Shown: positions 1 to 9,236 of the stretch, one piece after another | Layout: every line of letters begins with the position of its first letter | Position numbering within the stretch: the first letter of the stretch is position 1 | Assembly: GCA_964510585.1 (NCBI GenBank) | Contig: CAZECW010000193.1 | Coordinates: 30,001 to 62,000, forward strand | Direction: 5' to 3' | Source: an uncultured archaeon | GTDB taxonomy: Archaea > Asgardarchaeota > Jordiarchaeia > Jordiarchaeales > Jordiarchaeaceae | DNA: 32,000 nt | Translations under genes and position numbers: made by a program | Notes under the pieces: model-generated | What the model saw: the letters and a program-made list of their open reading frames with translations, nothing else | The model's database searches: none | What the model was told of the DNA's origin: nothing

Positions 1-1
1 G

Positions 2-493
2 GTAATTCACTGTGCAGGTTGCTACAGAACAATTGCCAAGGATTATGCGGAATTATTTGGAGAGCTTCCCTTCAAAGTGGTTAACGCAGTGGAGCTTATC
101 AGAGACTTCATGAAGGAGGGCAAGTTGAAACTCAAAAAACTGGACACCAAAGTAACCTACCATGACCCCTGCCACCTTGGAAGACATATGAAAATATATG
201 ACGCTCCTCGAGAGATACTTGAAATGATGCCTGGAGTGCAACTTGTTGAGATGAAAAGGATAAAGGAAGCTTCCTGGTGCTGCGGAGCGGGTGGGGGCGT
301 TAAAAGCGGCTTTCCAGAACTGGCAGTAGACATAGCTAAGGACAGAATAAAGGAAGCTGAGGAGACTGGAGCAGATTACTTGGTGACTGCTTGTCCCTTC
401 TGCGTGAAGAATCTCCAAGACGCGGCAGAGGCTTTGAACAGCAAAATTAAGGTTTTAGACATTGTGGAACTAGTAGCCGAAAACTTGGCATAA
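2..493 (+). CDS. (Fe-S)-binding protein, HdrD/GlpC family with CCG domains; 5'-partial
   Basis: The frame is open from position 2 (VIHCAGCYRTIAKDY...). It carries the CCG-domain motifs YHDPCHLGR, CCGAGGG and TACPFC. The gene starts before the window. Confidence 0.85.
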   Translation, partial: VIHCAGCYRTIAKDYAELFGELPFKVVNAVELIRDFMKEGKLKLKKLDTKVTYHDPCHLGRHMKIYDAPREILEMMPGVQLVEMKRIKEASWCCGAGGGVKSGFPELAVDIAKDRIKEAEETGADYLVTACPFCVKNLQDAAEALNSKIKVLDIVELVAENLA

Positions 494-807
494 AAAAGCG
501 ACATCATTCCCCTCCTTTTCCGAACACATCTTTTATTTTTTGATGATTCGTCGGTCAATGTGGGGGTCGCCTGAGTTTTCTATAACTCGGGGTCAAATTT
601 GATTTTTTTAATTTTGAATAATTGGATGCTTCCATCTTAGCCTGTTCTCGTTAAACTTAAAAAGGTTGTAGAATTCCTAAAGCGTAAAAACAAATTCAAT
701 TGAGATTAAAATTCAAGTTAATTATGAGCCTGTTTAGGGATAGATGTTACCTTTATGATGGGATAATCTAAATAAGGCTACCATTCTCAGTTACTAGATA
801 GTAACTG

Positions 808-1686
808 GTGATGATGTTAGAGATGGCAAACAAGGTTGGTTTCGTGGTTAGGACTGGTTCCCAGGCGGCATTATCCTCCACCGAAGATATTTCAAAATTT
901 TTGAAGAGAAGGGGATTCGCCACTTATACCATTAGTGGTGTGGATGATGTGCAGGATGGCACCTTTTTCATAATTTCTAATGGGGGGGATGGTACAGTTC
1001 TGAAAACCGCCAGGATGGTTGTGGAGCGTGGGGGAGGTATTCCCATTTTTCCAGTGAATTCTGGCACCGTTGGTTTTCTAACTGAGGTGGATGCTCACAA
1101 CGCGATACCAGAACTGGAAAAGATTTTGGGAGGGCATTACAAGGAGGAAGATCACCACGTATTAGACGTTTACCTGAAAGAAAAGTATGTGGGATTCGCG
1201 GTAAATGATGTTGTCATCACTTGTGAGCATGGAAGGATACTTAATGGAAAATTGTTTCTGGATAATGTTCTAATATCATCAATTCGCGGTGACCGGGTAG
1301 TAATAGCTCCACCCTTGGGTTCGACTGCCTACAATTTATCCGCAGGAGGATCAATAATACATCCAAAACTTGAGGCGATGTCGATTACCTGCGTTGCGCA
1401 ATTTTACACAAGTAGGTTTTTCCCACTTATTGTGCCCATTAACACTAATGTAAAATTTGTTTTGTCTGATACACCTTACGACAACTATGTTGTTCTAGAC
1501 GGACAGATAGCTGAGGTAAATGGGAAGAAAATTAGAGGTGGACAAACCATCGAGGTGAGGGTGTCTCAGAAAACATTCAAACTAATTTACACTGAAAGAT
1601 CCTTCTATGAAAGGATAAACAAGGTTATCCTAACCCAACAAGAGAAAGCCCCATGGATAGAACCCCTTCCCGGAGACATCTACTGA
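808..1686 (+). CDS. nadK: NAD(+) kinase
   Basis: GGDGT motif, GTVGFL, NDVVI, GSTAYNLSAGG and a C-terminal LDGQ. The exact start among GTG808 and the following ATGs is uncertain. Confidence 0.9.
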   Translation: MMMLEMANKVGFVVRTGSQAALSSTEDISKFLKRRGFATYTISGVDDVQDGTFFIISNGGDGTVLKTARMVVERGGGIPIFPVNSGTVGFLTEVDAHNAIPELEKILGGHYKEEDHHVLDVYLKEKYVGFAVNDVVITCEHGRILNGKLFLDNVLISSIRGDRVVIAPPLGSTAYNLSAGGSIIHPKLEAMSITCVAQFYTSRFFPLIVPINTNVKFVLSDTPYDNYVVLDGQIAEVNGKKIRGGQTIEVRVSQKTFKLIYTERSFYERINKVILTQQEKAPWIEPLPGDIY

Positions 1687-1864
1687 AAAGTGAACCCTGC
1701 CTATTATTCTGAAACAACCTAATGTTTATGCTAAAGTGTATGAATCAAGTCGTAGGAATCATCGTCAATTATTGAATAGAAACAGAACCATTAAATATGA
1801 AGTTTGCATAACTATTGATTCACTTAAAATTTTTGCCTATTTTTCAAGAATTGGAGTTGGTGCT

Positions 1865-2275
1865 ATGCCGATTAAGGTAGGAGATATGGTGAAAATTGAG
1901 TATACTTTAACCCTTAACGATGGAACTATTCTCGACACATCGGAGGGTAAAAGACCCCTAGAATTTGAGGCGGGTTCGGGACGCGTAATAAAGGGTTTGA
2001 GTCAAGCAGTGATAGGGATGGAAAAAGGGGAAGAAAAACTGGTCAAAATAGAACCCAAAGACGCTTACGGATACCGCAAGCCTGAATGGATAAAAAGGAT
2101 TCCCAGAGACAAGCTTCCCCCCAATTTGGAGGAGAATATGACCCTGACGTTTACTATGTTTGATGGGACACAGATATCGGGACGAATAATAGGAATAACA
2201 GAGGAGGTAGTCACTGTGGATTTCAACCATCCATTAGCCGGGCTGGTTCTAAACTTTAAGATAAAAATTGTGTAA
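1865..2275 (+). CDS. FKBP-type peptidyl-prolyl isomerase (SlyD/SlpA-like, no His-rich tail)
   Basis: MPIKVGDMVKIEYTLTLNDG..., G..VIKGL, AYG and DFNHPLAG motifs. ATG1865 fits the family N-terminus better than the ORF-track start at 1736. Confidence 0.9.
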   Translation: MPIKVGDMVKIEYTLTLNDGTILDTSEGKRPLEFEAGSGRVIKGLSQAVIGMEKGEEKLVKIEPKDAYGYRKPEWIKRIPRDKLPPNLEENMTLTFTMFDGTQISGRIIGITEEVVTVDFNHPLAGLVLNFKIKIV

Positions 2276-2287
2276 CTGTCTCAAACA

Positions 2288-2464
2288 TTATTCCAGCCTG
2301 ATGGCTCCCGCTGTGCATACAGAAACGCACTTTCCGCATCCTTTACACTCATCCTTGACCCTTGCTTTTGCCTTGACTATTTTGACTCCTTTCTCGGGCA
2401 GTGGGCACTCAAATAAGCAAAATGCGCAACCTGTACACTTATCCTCATCAATGATTATTTTCAT
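2288..2464 (-). CDS. 2[4Fe-4S] ferredoxin, 58 aa (below the ORF-track cutoff)
   Basis: Hand translation gives MKIIIDEDKCTGCAFCLFECPLPEKGVKIVKAKARVKDECKGCGKCVSVCTAGAIRLE*. It has two CxxCxxCxxxC motifs and a GGAGGA Shine-Dalgarno just upstream. Confidence 0.93.
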   Translation of the reverse strand: MKIIIDEDKCTGCAFCLFECPLPEKGVKIVKAKARVKDECKGCGKCVSVCTAGAIRLE

Positions 2465-2500
2465 TGATCCTCCTCTTTACATGTCATAAAATTAACTAGT

Positions 2501-3649
2501 TTAGGACTTCAGAAGCTGCCCAGCAATTACCATTCTTTGAACCTCGCTTGTTCCCTCATATATCTCAAGTACTTTGGCGTCTCGATAGTATCTCTCAATG
2601 GGATAGTCTTTCATGTATCCATAGCCTCCATGAATTTGAAGTGCTTTTGAAACCACTTCGGTGCAAATCCTTGAGGAGTACAGTTTTGCCATTGCTACTT
2701 CTTTGGTGAATCTTGCCCCTTTATCTTTTAGGTATGCGGCTCTGTAGGTAAGGAGGCTAGCTGCTTCTATTTGGGTAGCCATCTCGGCCAGCATGAATTG
2801 TACCGCTTGGAACTGGGCGATAGGTCTTCCGAACTGCTGCCTTTGCTGGGAGTATTTGAGTGCTTCTTCGAATGCTGCTCTGGCTAGTCCCACTGCTTGA
2901 GCTGATGCTCCAATTCTAGCCGAGTCAAGAATGGTCATAGCTATTCTGAAGCCTTCCCCTTCCTTTCCCAAAAGATTAGCTTTAGGTATTCTACAATCAT
3001 CAAAAATTAGTTCGGAATTGACGGCGGCACGCATGCCCATCTTGTCTTCTTTGGGACCGGCACTAAATCTTGGGGTTCCCTTCTCAACTAGGAAGGCACT
3101 TATGGGTTTTTTCTTGGCATCACCGGTTGAGGGTGTTGTGGCAAATACTAGGGCTACCCCCGCTACTGGGCCGCTTGTTATAAATATTTTACTACCCTTT
3201 AGTATGTACTCATCTCCATCTGGAGTAGCAGTGGTTCTGAGGGCTTGAGCGTCGCTTCCAGCGCCTGGTTCTGTTAGCGCGAAGGCTCCTATGAGTTCGC
3301 CTTTGGCGAGTCTGGGAAGGAATCTTTTCTTCTGTTCTTCGGTGCCGAACTGCGCTATGGGTTGGGCGCAGGCAGAGTTGTGAATCTGTAGAGTTAAACC
3401 AATTCCACATACCACTCGGGATATTTCTTCTATCATTATGGCGTAGCTCACGGTGTCCAGTTCCGAGCCGCCGTACTCTTTGGGAATCTGTGCGCCTAAA
3501 TAGCCCTGCTCTGCCATTTTCTTAATCTCTTCCCAGGGGAACTCCGCCTTCTCATCCATTTCTCGGGCTCTGGGGGCTAATACGGTTTCAGCGAATTCTC
3601 TAACCGTACTTCTGATTAATTGCTGCTCCTCGGTAAAGTCAAAATTCAT
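2501..3649 (-). CDS. Acyl-CoA dehydrogenase (short-chain/butyryl-CoA type)
   Basis: FALTEPGAGSDA, GSKIFIT, R.QFG.PI, QIHGGYGY and IYEGTSEVQR (catalytic Glu) motifs. Confidence 0.95.
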   Translation of the reverse strand: MNFDFTEEQQLIRSTVREFAETVLAPRAREMDEKAEFPWEEIKKMAEQGYLGAQIPKEYGGSELDTVSYAIMIEEISRVVCGIGLTLQIHNSACAQPIAQFGTEEQKKRFLPRLAKGELIGAFALTEPGAGSDAQALRTTATPDGDEYILKGSKIFITSGPVAGVALVFATTPSTGDAKKKPISAFLVEKGTPRFSAGPKEDKMGMRAAVNSELIFDDCRIPKANLLGKEGEGFRIAMTILDSARIGASAQAVGLARAAFEEALKYSQQRQQFGRPIAQFQAVQFMLAEMATQIEAASLLTYRAAYLKDKGARFTKEVAMAKLYSSRICTEVVSKALQIHGGYGYMKDYPIERYYRDAKVLEIYEGTSEVQRMVIAGQLLKS

Positions 3650-3869
3650 AACAACACCTCACATACTGAATTTGTTCTTCAAACAGTTGTTAATGTTATA
3701 AACTAATGAATTTTTGTGTTCTATAAACTTATATAATTAATGATTCCCCGCCCGAAAAATATGTGTCAAACAACCAGTTTACTTTGAAAAAGCTCTTGCT
3801 TTGAAAAAATTTTTAGAATGTACCAAAGTGTGGGTGGATTTAACCCCTAATAATTTGTAGAAGTAGGGC

Positions 3870-4502
3870 TTAGAGGGATGGCTGTGGAGATGGCTGCATA
3901 AGTGTAATTGTTATTAGTCCGGTGTGTATTCTGTATTTGTCTTGATCCGCCTCTAGTATTTCTGCTTTTACTAGTTTTTCTAGTGATTCCTCAATAGTTG
4001 CTTCCTCCAATCCCAACTTTAGTAAATCCTCTTTGGCAGCCTCCCCTTTTTCAACTATGAATTCAAGGATTTTACCTATGGCAGTTGTGGAATCGCATCC
4101 CAAGAGGTCGCAGATTTTTCTATTCTCAGGATAGTTTACTTTTAATGAGTTGATGTTGTAGTTTTTTTCGTCTATACTATCAAACCAGCCTGCGAAGGCT
4201 GCGACTCGACCGACTAGTGAGAGTTGAGCTAGGGCTACCTTTTGTTCGCTTGCAAATTTTAGGATGACTGTGATGCCGCTTGACACGCGTAGAATGAGGT
4301 AGTTTCCCGTGGAGAGAAAATCGCCCACCTTTAATTGGGGGAAAAGGTTGATTAAATCCCTTAATACTTCGTTGTCATCGAAATTATATTGGTAAAGAAT
4401 TTTTCCCGAGTTGGCGACAACCACTCCTCCCACCGGCCTGCCACTTCCACACTGCGCAAAAACATTTTTGAAAGCCAGTTCGGGGTTTATCTCCAAAGAC
4501 AC
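3870..4502 (-). CDS. Hypothetical protein; possible roadblock/profilin-like N-domain and C-terminal winged-helix
   Basis: 210-aa ORF co-oriented 52 bp downstream of the Rab gene. The N-terminus has G(V)VVV..SG.IL strands and the C-terminus has the pattern ILEFIVEKG...TIEESLEKLVKAEIL...YRI. Domain calls are from pattern only. Confidence 0.55.
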   Translation of the reverse strand: MSLEINPELAFKNVFAQCGSGRPVGGVVVANSGKILYQYNFDDNEVLRDLINLFPQLKVGDFLSTGNYLILRVSSGITVILKFASEQKVALAQLSLVGRVAAFAGWFDSIDEKNYNINSLKVNYPENRKICDLLGCDSTTAIGKILEFIVEKGEAAKEDLLKLGLEEATIEESLEKLVKAEILEADQDKYRIHTGLITITLMQPSPQPSL

Positions 4503-4554
4503 CGACCTCTAGAAATACTATTTTGGGAGCTTAAGGGTCAAACATCTATTTTCT

Positions 4555-5115
4555 CTAGGATGTTTCCTCACTCAAGTTCAGGTACTTGGTTGCAATCATT
4601 TTTACCAGTTCTTTGAGCAGTTCTTTTGTGCCGTCGCCGCGTAGGGCTGAAGTTTCAAAGTAGTCTATTCCCAGTTTTTCACAAAACTTTTTTGCTTGCT
4701 CTGTGGATACATGTCCCTTATCTATTTTCCTTATGTCGATTTTATTTCCAACTATTATTTTGGGAATACCGTCAACGTTTTCCTGCTTCATTATTTTTAA
4801 CCATTCCTTGATGCCCTCAAGAGTCTTAGGCTGGGTAACATCAAACATTAATACAGCGGCCTTTGCTCCCTTATAAAAAGAGCCGGAAATTTCGCGAAAC
4901 TGGTCTTGGCCCCCGATGTCCCAGAAATGCAGCCAGATTTCCTGTTTTGAATGTTTTACGTCAATGAGTCCAAAATCAACCCCTATAGTTGTACGGTATA
5001 TGGGATCAACCAATCCCTCAGTGTATCTTTGCTTAATGGTGGTTTTTCCCACCCCACCGTTACCCAGTAAAAGCACCTTAAATATGTACTTTTCTTTCAA
5101 GAGAGTTAACCTCAC
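4555..5115 (-). CDS. Rab-like small GTPase
   Basis: G1 GNGGVGKT, G2/RabF1 YRTTIGVDF, G3 WDIGGQ, RabF4-like FYKGA, RabF5-like LMFDVT, G4 NKID, G5 ETSA. No C-terminal Cys prenylation motif. Confidence 0.93.
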   Translation of the reverse strand: MRLTLLKEKYIFKVLLLGNGGVGKTTIKQRYTEGLVDPIYRTTIGVDFGLIDVKHSKQEIWLHFWDIGGQDQFREISGSFYKGAKAAVLMFDVTQPKTLEGIKEWLKIMKQENVDGIPKIIVGNKIDIRKIDKGHVSTEQAKKFCEKLGIDYFETSALRGDGTKELLKELVKMIATKYLNLSEETS

Positions 5116-5219
5116 TCACAGTGCCTGTTGCTACAATTTTATTTTTCCGCTAAAAATAAATAGCTTTTGGCTCTTAAGATTTTTCATATTACAACTTTTA
5201 GTTTTGTGGGGTTTCTCCT

Positions 5220-6224
5220 TTGATTCACGCTCTACTTATTATCACGCAAGACGGAATGGGGCACGTAGCATTTGATGATGGCTTGGGTATTAATTTCACT
5301 CTTTTTTCGGGCATGCTGATGGCCTTAAACAAGTTTCTATCCCAGATTTTTGGTGGGGAACAAATTAACCGTGAAATTGAACTTGAACTGTACTCGCTTC
5401 TACTTAGGGAAACAGGTAAGGGTCTATGGGTTTGTATTCACGATGCGTCTGATAATATGGAACTTATGTATTCAAAATTGGACCAACTAATCAGTTTGAT
5501 TGAGAAGGAGGTAGACTTCGAAAATGACTTGAAAGGTACTTTAGATCTGGATGCCAAATTAAAGAAGAAAATAGAAAAAATTGTTAAAATTAAAACCGTA
5601 CCCAGATCACTTCAATCATTCATAAGTAAAGAGATTAACTGGCTATCCGAGGGACGAATGATAAATATTATTCTCCAGAATGTCTACCTTATTTCTCTGG
5701 AGGGAGGAATAGCTTCCAGCTGGGAAAAAGAAGCCAAACCGGACATCGGCACCCGCTACGCATGTTTAAAGATGCTAAAAAGCCTACCCAACACTGTGAA
5801 TCTCAAACTGGAGCTTTCCATCAAACACGAGGCTGGAACTGAGGAGTGGCGGTTCAGAAGAATAGGGGATAGCGAATTTTTCCTATTTCTGAGAGCGATT
5901 ATGAACGAGGGCTCAAGAGCTCTCTTCGGGATTCTAGTCGACAAGATAGTGGAAGGTCTAGTTGATGTACTAAAAGAGAAAGCCTCCATCGAACCAATAG
6001 TAGAACCCAGCGCCATTCTCCCCCCACAGAAGCCACTAGCAACCCTAAAGCAGAAAAAACAGGTCACCCTTATGAAGGAGGAGAAAATTCCCAAGGACGA
6101 GGAATTATTAACCAGTTTAGAAACCCTTGTTCAGAAGGTAGCAAAAAGAATCAAAACACTCTCAACGATAGAAGTCAAAGAAGAGAATATTAAACCAACC
6201 AAAAGGGCCGAGGTGGATGATTAG
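5220..6224 (+). CDS. Longin-like N-terminal domain protein, possibly with a second longin/roadblock-like module and a charged tail
   Basis: The N-terminus MIHALLIITQDG...LFSGMLMALNKFLSQI...I.EIELE matches the pattern of Asgard longin domains. It is transcribed divergently from the Rab gene. Confidence 0.6.
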   Translation: MIHALLIITQDGMGHVAFDDGLGINFTLFSGMLMALNKFLSQIFGGEQINREIELELYSLLLRETGKGLWVCIHDASDNMELMYSKLDQLISLIEKEVDFENDLKGTLDLDAKLKKKIEKIVKIKTVPRSLQSFISKEINWLSEGRMINIILQNVYLISLEGGIASSWEKEAKPDIGTRYACLKMLKSLPNTVNLKLELSIKHEAGTEEWRFRRIGDSEFFLFLRAIMNEGSRALFGILVDKIVEGLVDVLKEKASIEPIVEPSAILPPQKPLATLKQKKQVTLMKEEKIPKDEELLTSLETLVQKVAKRIKTLSTIEVKEENIKPTKRAEVDD

Positions 6225-6292
6225 CATAACTATCCAAAATATAGCCCAAAATTTTATGGATTACTGGGTAAAGTTTTAAATGTCCATTTTGT

Positions 6293-7387
6293 GTGGATTT
6301 TTTTACAAAGAAATATGGTGAGGGAGCAGATATTAAAGATGGAAAACTGGAGTTCTACTCTCCCCTAATGAATAGTCTAATAAAACCTCTCATCGAGAAA
6401 AAGAGGAAGGAACACGAAACACTGTTCAACGAAGTTGGAGTTCTAGTTCAGGCGAATTTTTCTCAGAGAACCATCGAGCTATACATGGAAATTTTGAAAA
6501 ATAAACAAACCATTGAATATCTTTTGGAGCAGGGTTACAATTTACTTTCAATATCCGGGTTACTGACAAACATTGCTCAAATAAACGTTTTAAGGGCCAA
6601 AATTGAAGGCCGCGTTAAAAAGAACTTGGAGAGCAAGATTGAAGAGGCTGAGGAGAAACTAAACTCGGCTAAAAGGCAACTAAACCAAACCTATGAGAAT
6701 ATAAAGTCCTATCAAGGATTCGAATGGTTAATATTCGCATACACATATCTTAAAGATGCTGAAACCAGTGTCAACACCCTAAAAGCCAGAGAGGAGGTAG
6801 ACTCAGAATTATTCTATCAAGCATGCCTAGCAATAGAGCTATGCAATATTTTCACAGACTTCACCAAAATTGTAGAAGACATCGACGAGAAGGGGAAAAA
6901 AGCCGAAGATTTAAAAAAATCCATGAAAGACTTCGCCTTTAGAATGATCCAAACCGCAGAATACACTCTCAAAACTGTGCAACCAGAACACGTCAACAAT
7001 CCCGAAGAGGAATTCTTACTCCTAAAAACAACAAACTACTACGTCCCAGTAATGGAGAAGGCATTTAAAGAAGGAGATTACCTCAAAACAATCGACACCG
7101 CCCAACAAGTAATATACAATGCAGAAATAATAAAAGCAGCATTCCTTCAAGCACCCCAATCCTATATTAGAAACATGATAACACAAAAATTCTTAGAGTT
7201 CAACCAACTAATACTCCTAACCAGACAAAAAGGCAAATTCGACGCGATACTACCCCTATTCTACTATGAAAAAGCAGCGGGGCCCCTGGGTGAACCTTCA
7301 AAAATGATAGCAAGCGCAAACCTCTCCATGACCCTAATAGGAGTAATGGAACAAGAACTAAGACCATCAGCAATATTCACCACTTAA
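6293..7387 (+). CDS. Hypothetical all-helical protein; resembles the C-terminal region of archaeal S16/Lon-like proteases
   Basis: 364-aa ORF with a GTG start and an in-frame TAA at 6269. It is helical throughout and has a C-terminal AILPLFYYEKA. The family resemblance is from memory and is weak. Confidence 0.45.
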   Translation: MDFFTKKYGEGADIKDGKLEFYSPLMNSLIKPLIEKKRKEHETLFNEVGVLVQANFSQRTIELYMEILKNKQTIEYLLEQGYNLLSISGLLTNIAQINVLRAKIEGRVKKNLESKIEEAEEKLNSAKRQLNQTYENIKSYQGFEWLIFAYTYLKDAETSVNTLKAREEVDSELFYQACLAIELCNIFTDFTKIVEDIDEKGKKAEDLKKSMKDFAFRMIQTAEYTLKTVQPEHVNNPEEEFLLLKTTNYYVPVMEKAFKEGDYLKTIDTAQQVIYNAEIIKAAFLQAPQSYIRNMITQKFLEFNQLILLTRQKGKFDAILPLFYYEKAAGPLGEPSKMIASANLSMTLIGVMEQELRPSAIFTT

Positions 7388-8096
7388 AAAATATCTAAAA
7401 AATGTTGCTTTGACGAAAATGCATCATCCAAGCTCACATGACAAAAAAGGGGACACTATTCACAAGGCGGAAACTATAAAGTTACCAATGTGCATTATAG
7501 AGCCCAGAAATTTGAATTATTATAAATCCATTGAAATTGTTTTAATATCATCAGCTTAAAGACAAAATTCATAACCTAACGTACTCCACGGTTAAAGTGG
7601 TTGGAGAAGTACCATTTTTCGTCGAAAAAGTAAAATGTTTCAAGAATGGAAACATCAAAAAGTAGAAACGAAAACAAATTTTTCGCAAGCCAATATGGTG
7701 ATTAAGAATTAATTGAGTTCATCCCTTATTTTGTGTTCTAAACTGTGAGAAAACGCATAAGCCATATGTCATAACATTGACTCCTAACTTTTTATTTTAC
7801 TATTGATTTTGCTAACTGCTTGTTTCCACCCCTACTCAACCGTGGTTTTCACGGAGTAGCGCTAAAACTTGTTAATTTAGGCTAAGCAAGTGGAATGTGG
7901 GGCTTTTCTAGCCTCCTCCACAAGGCTTCCATGCACCAACAGTTTTTATTGAATATACGGGTGTGTGCCTTTTTGAAATCAAGGCGAACTTCTCTACTTC
8001 ACCAGACAAAATTATCCAAATACTTAAATAATTTAATAGCGCTAAATTATAAAAACCATCTGAATGCAGTGTATGAATGTATGGGAGGTAAGATTT

Positions 8097-9182
8097 TTGG
8101 TCGAGGAATGGAGACTAATTTACAATCCAGAAGGAGATATGGCGGACACCGTAGCTTATCCCGCCGCATTAATAACTGGAAAAATGGTGGGAGCACCAAA
8201 CACCATATTCATAGGAGGATTCAAAAAACTCGGAATCAGCCTAGGATACTTCCAAGACATAGACAGTGAAGTCGACGTAGCCAAGGCACAAGACCTAGAC
8301 GTGGAAATTGTGCGCAGGCTAGGAGTAGGAGGAGGAACAATACTAATAGACCCAAAAGGATCAATGGCAATGCTAATGACCTTCAACGCAGACCGATACC
8401 CCAACATGGACAAAGCATTCTGCCAAATCGGCGGTGCACTAGCGCAAGCCTACTGGAGACTAGGAGTAAAACGAGCATATTATGACCATATCGGAGATAT
8501 CAAGGTGGGTTTTGAGAAGATTACTGGTTTTGGATTTGCAACTATCGGTAACATAACTGTTCAGAACACTATTTTCAGTTTGGGGCCCCCAGACGTTGAA
8601 ACATTTTTGAAGGTTGCCAAGATTCCTCCGGAGAAGTGGAAGGACAAGAAGATTAGTGATGTGAAAAAATATATCGCCAGTGTTGAAACAGAAACCGGGA
8701 GGTTGCCCTCCAAGGAGGAGTTCAGGGATGCTGTGGTAGAAGCCTTCGAGGATATGTTGGAGGTTAAGTTTGTTGAAGGAGAACTGTTGCCGGAGGAGAA
8801 GAAGGCCTACGATGGGAATAGGGCCGTGGCGCTGTCTGACGAGCACAACTTTAGGGTTTCGAGTGCTAGGAGATTCGCGAAAATTCCCGAGGATTGCAAG
8901 TTAAATATGGCGAGGTACAAGTCGCGGAAACTTATAGTGGCTCATGTTTTGAGCGATAAGAATGATGTGATAAAGGACGTTATGATTTCAGGAGACTTCT
9001 ACTGTTCTCCGCTGCCCTATCTGGGAGAGATGGAAAAGTCTCTCGTGGGATTGAAGGCTACGGATAAGAATGCTCTAGTTAACAAGATTAAGGAGACCTA
9101 TGCTAAGCCGAATTGGCAGATTCCCATGGTTGACGCAGAAGATATCGCATCCGCTATATACATGACTACTGGAAAAATTTGA
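8097..9182 (+). CDS. Lipoate-protein ligase family protein with fused C-terminal LplB-like domain (divergent paralog)
   Basis: VRR..GGGT..ID, GDIKVG.EKITGFG and a C-terminal DVMISGDF. TTG8097 follows a GGAGGT SD and gives MVEEWRL, matching the paralog's MNLEEWRL. Confidence 0.85.
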   Translation: MVEEWRLIYNPEGDMADTVAYPAALITGKMVGAPNTIFIGGFKKLGISLGYFQDIDSEVDVAKAQDLDVEIVRRLGVGGGTILIDPKGSMAMLMTFNADRYPNMDKAFCQIGGALAQAYWRLGVKRAYYDHIGDIKVGFEKITGFGFATIGNITVQNTIFSLGPPDVETFLKVAKIPPEKWKDKKISDVKKYIASVETETGRLPSKEEFRDAVVEAFEDMLEVKFVEGELLPEEKKAYDGNRAVALSDEHNFRVSSARRFAKIPEDCKLNMARYKSRKLIVAHVLSDKNDVIKDVMISGDFYCSPLPYLGEMEKSLVGLKATDKNALVNKIKETYAKPNWQIPMVDAEDIASAIYMTTGKI

Positions 9183-9236
9183 ACCGCACAAAACACATTC
9201 ACTTTTAGGCTTGGTTTAACCTTCCTCTATTTTTTG

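Noticed and set aside
1736-1864. N-terminal extension of the FKBP in the ORF track
   Set aside because: The sequence is AT-rich and unlike the family. ATG1865 gives the normal N-terminus.
7832-7859. Hairpin CTACTC-AA-CCGTG-GTTTT-CACG-GAGTAG in a 700-bp intergenic gap
   Set aside because: It is a single hairpin with no partner end or recognisable RNA family, so there is not enough to assign a function.
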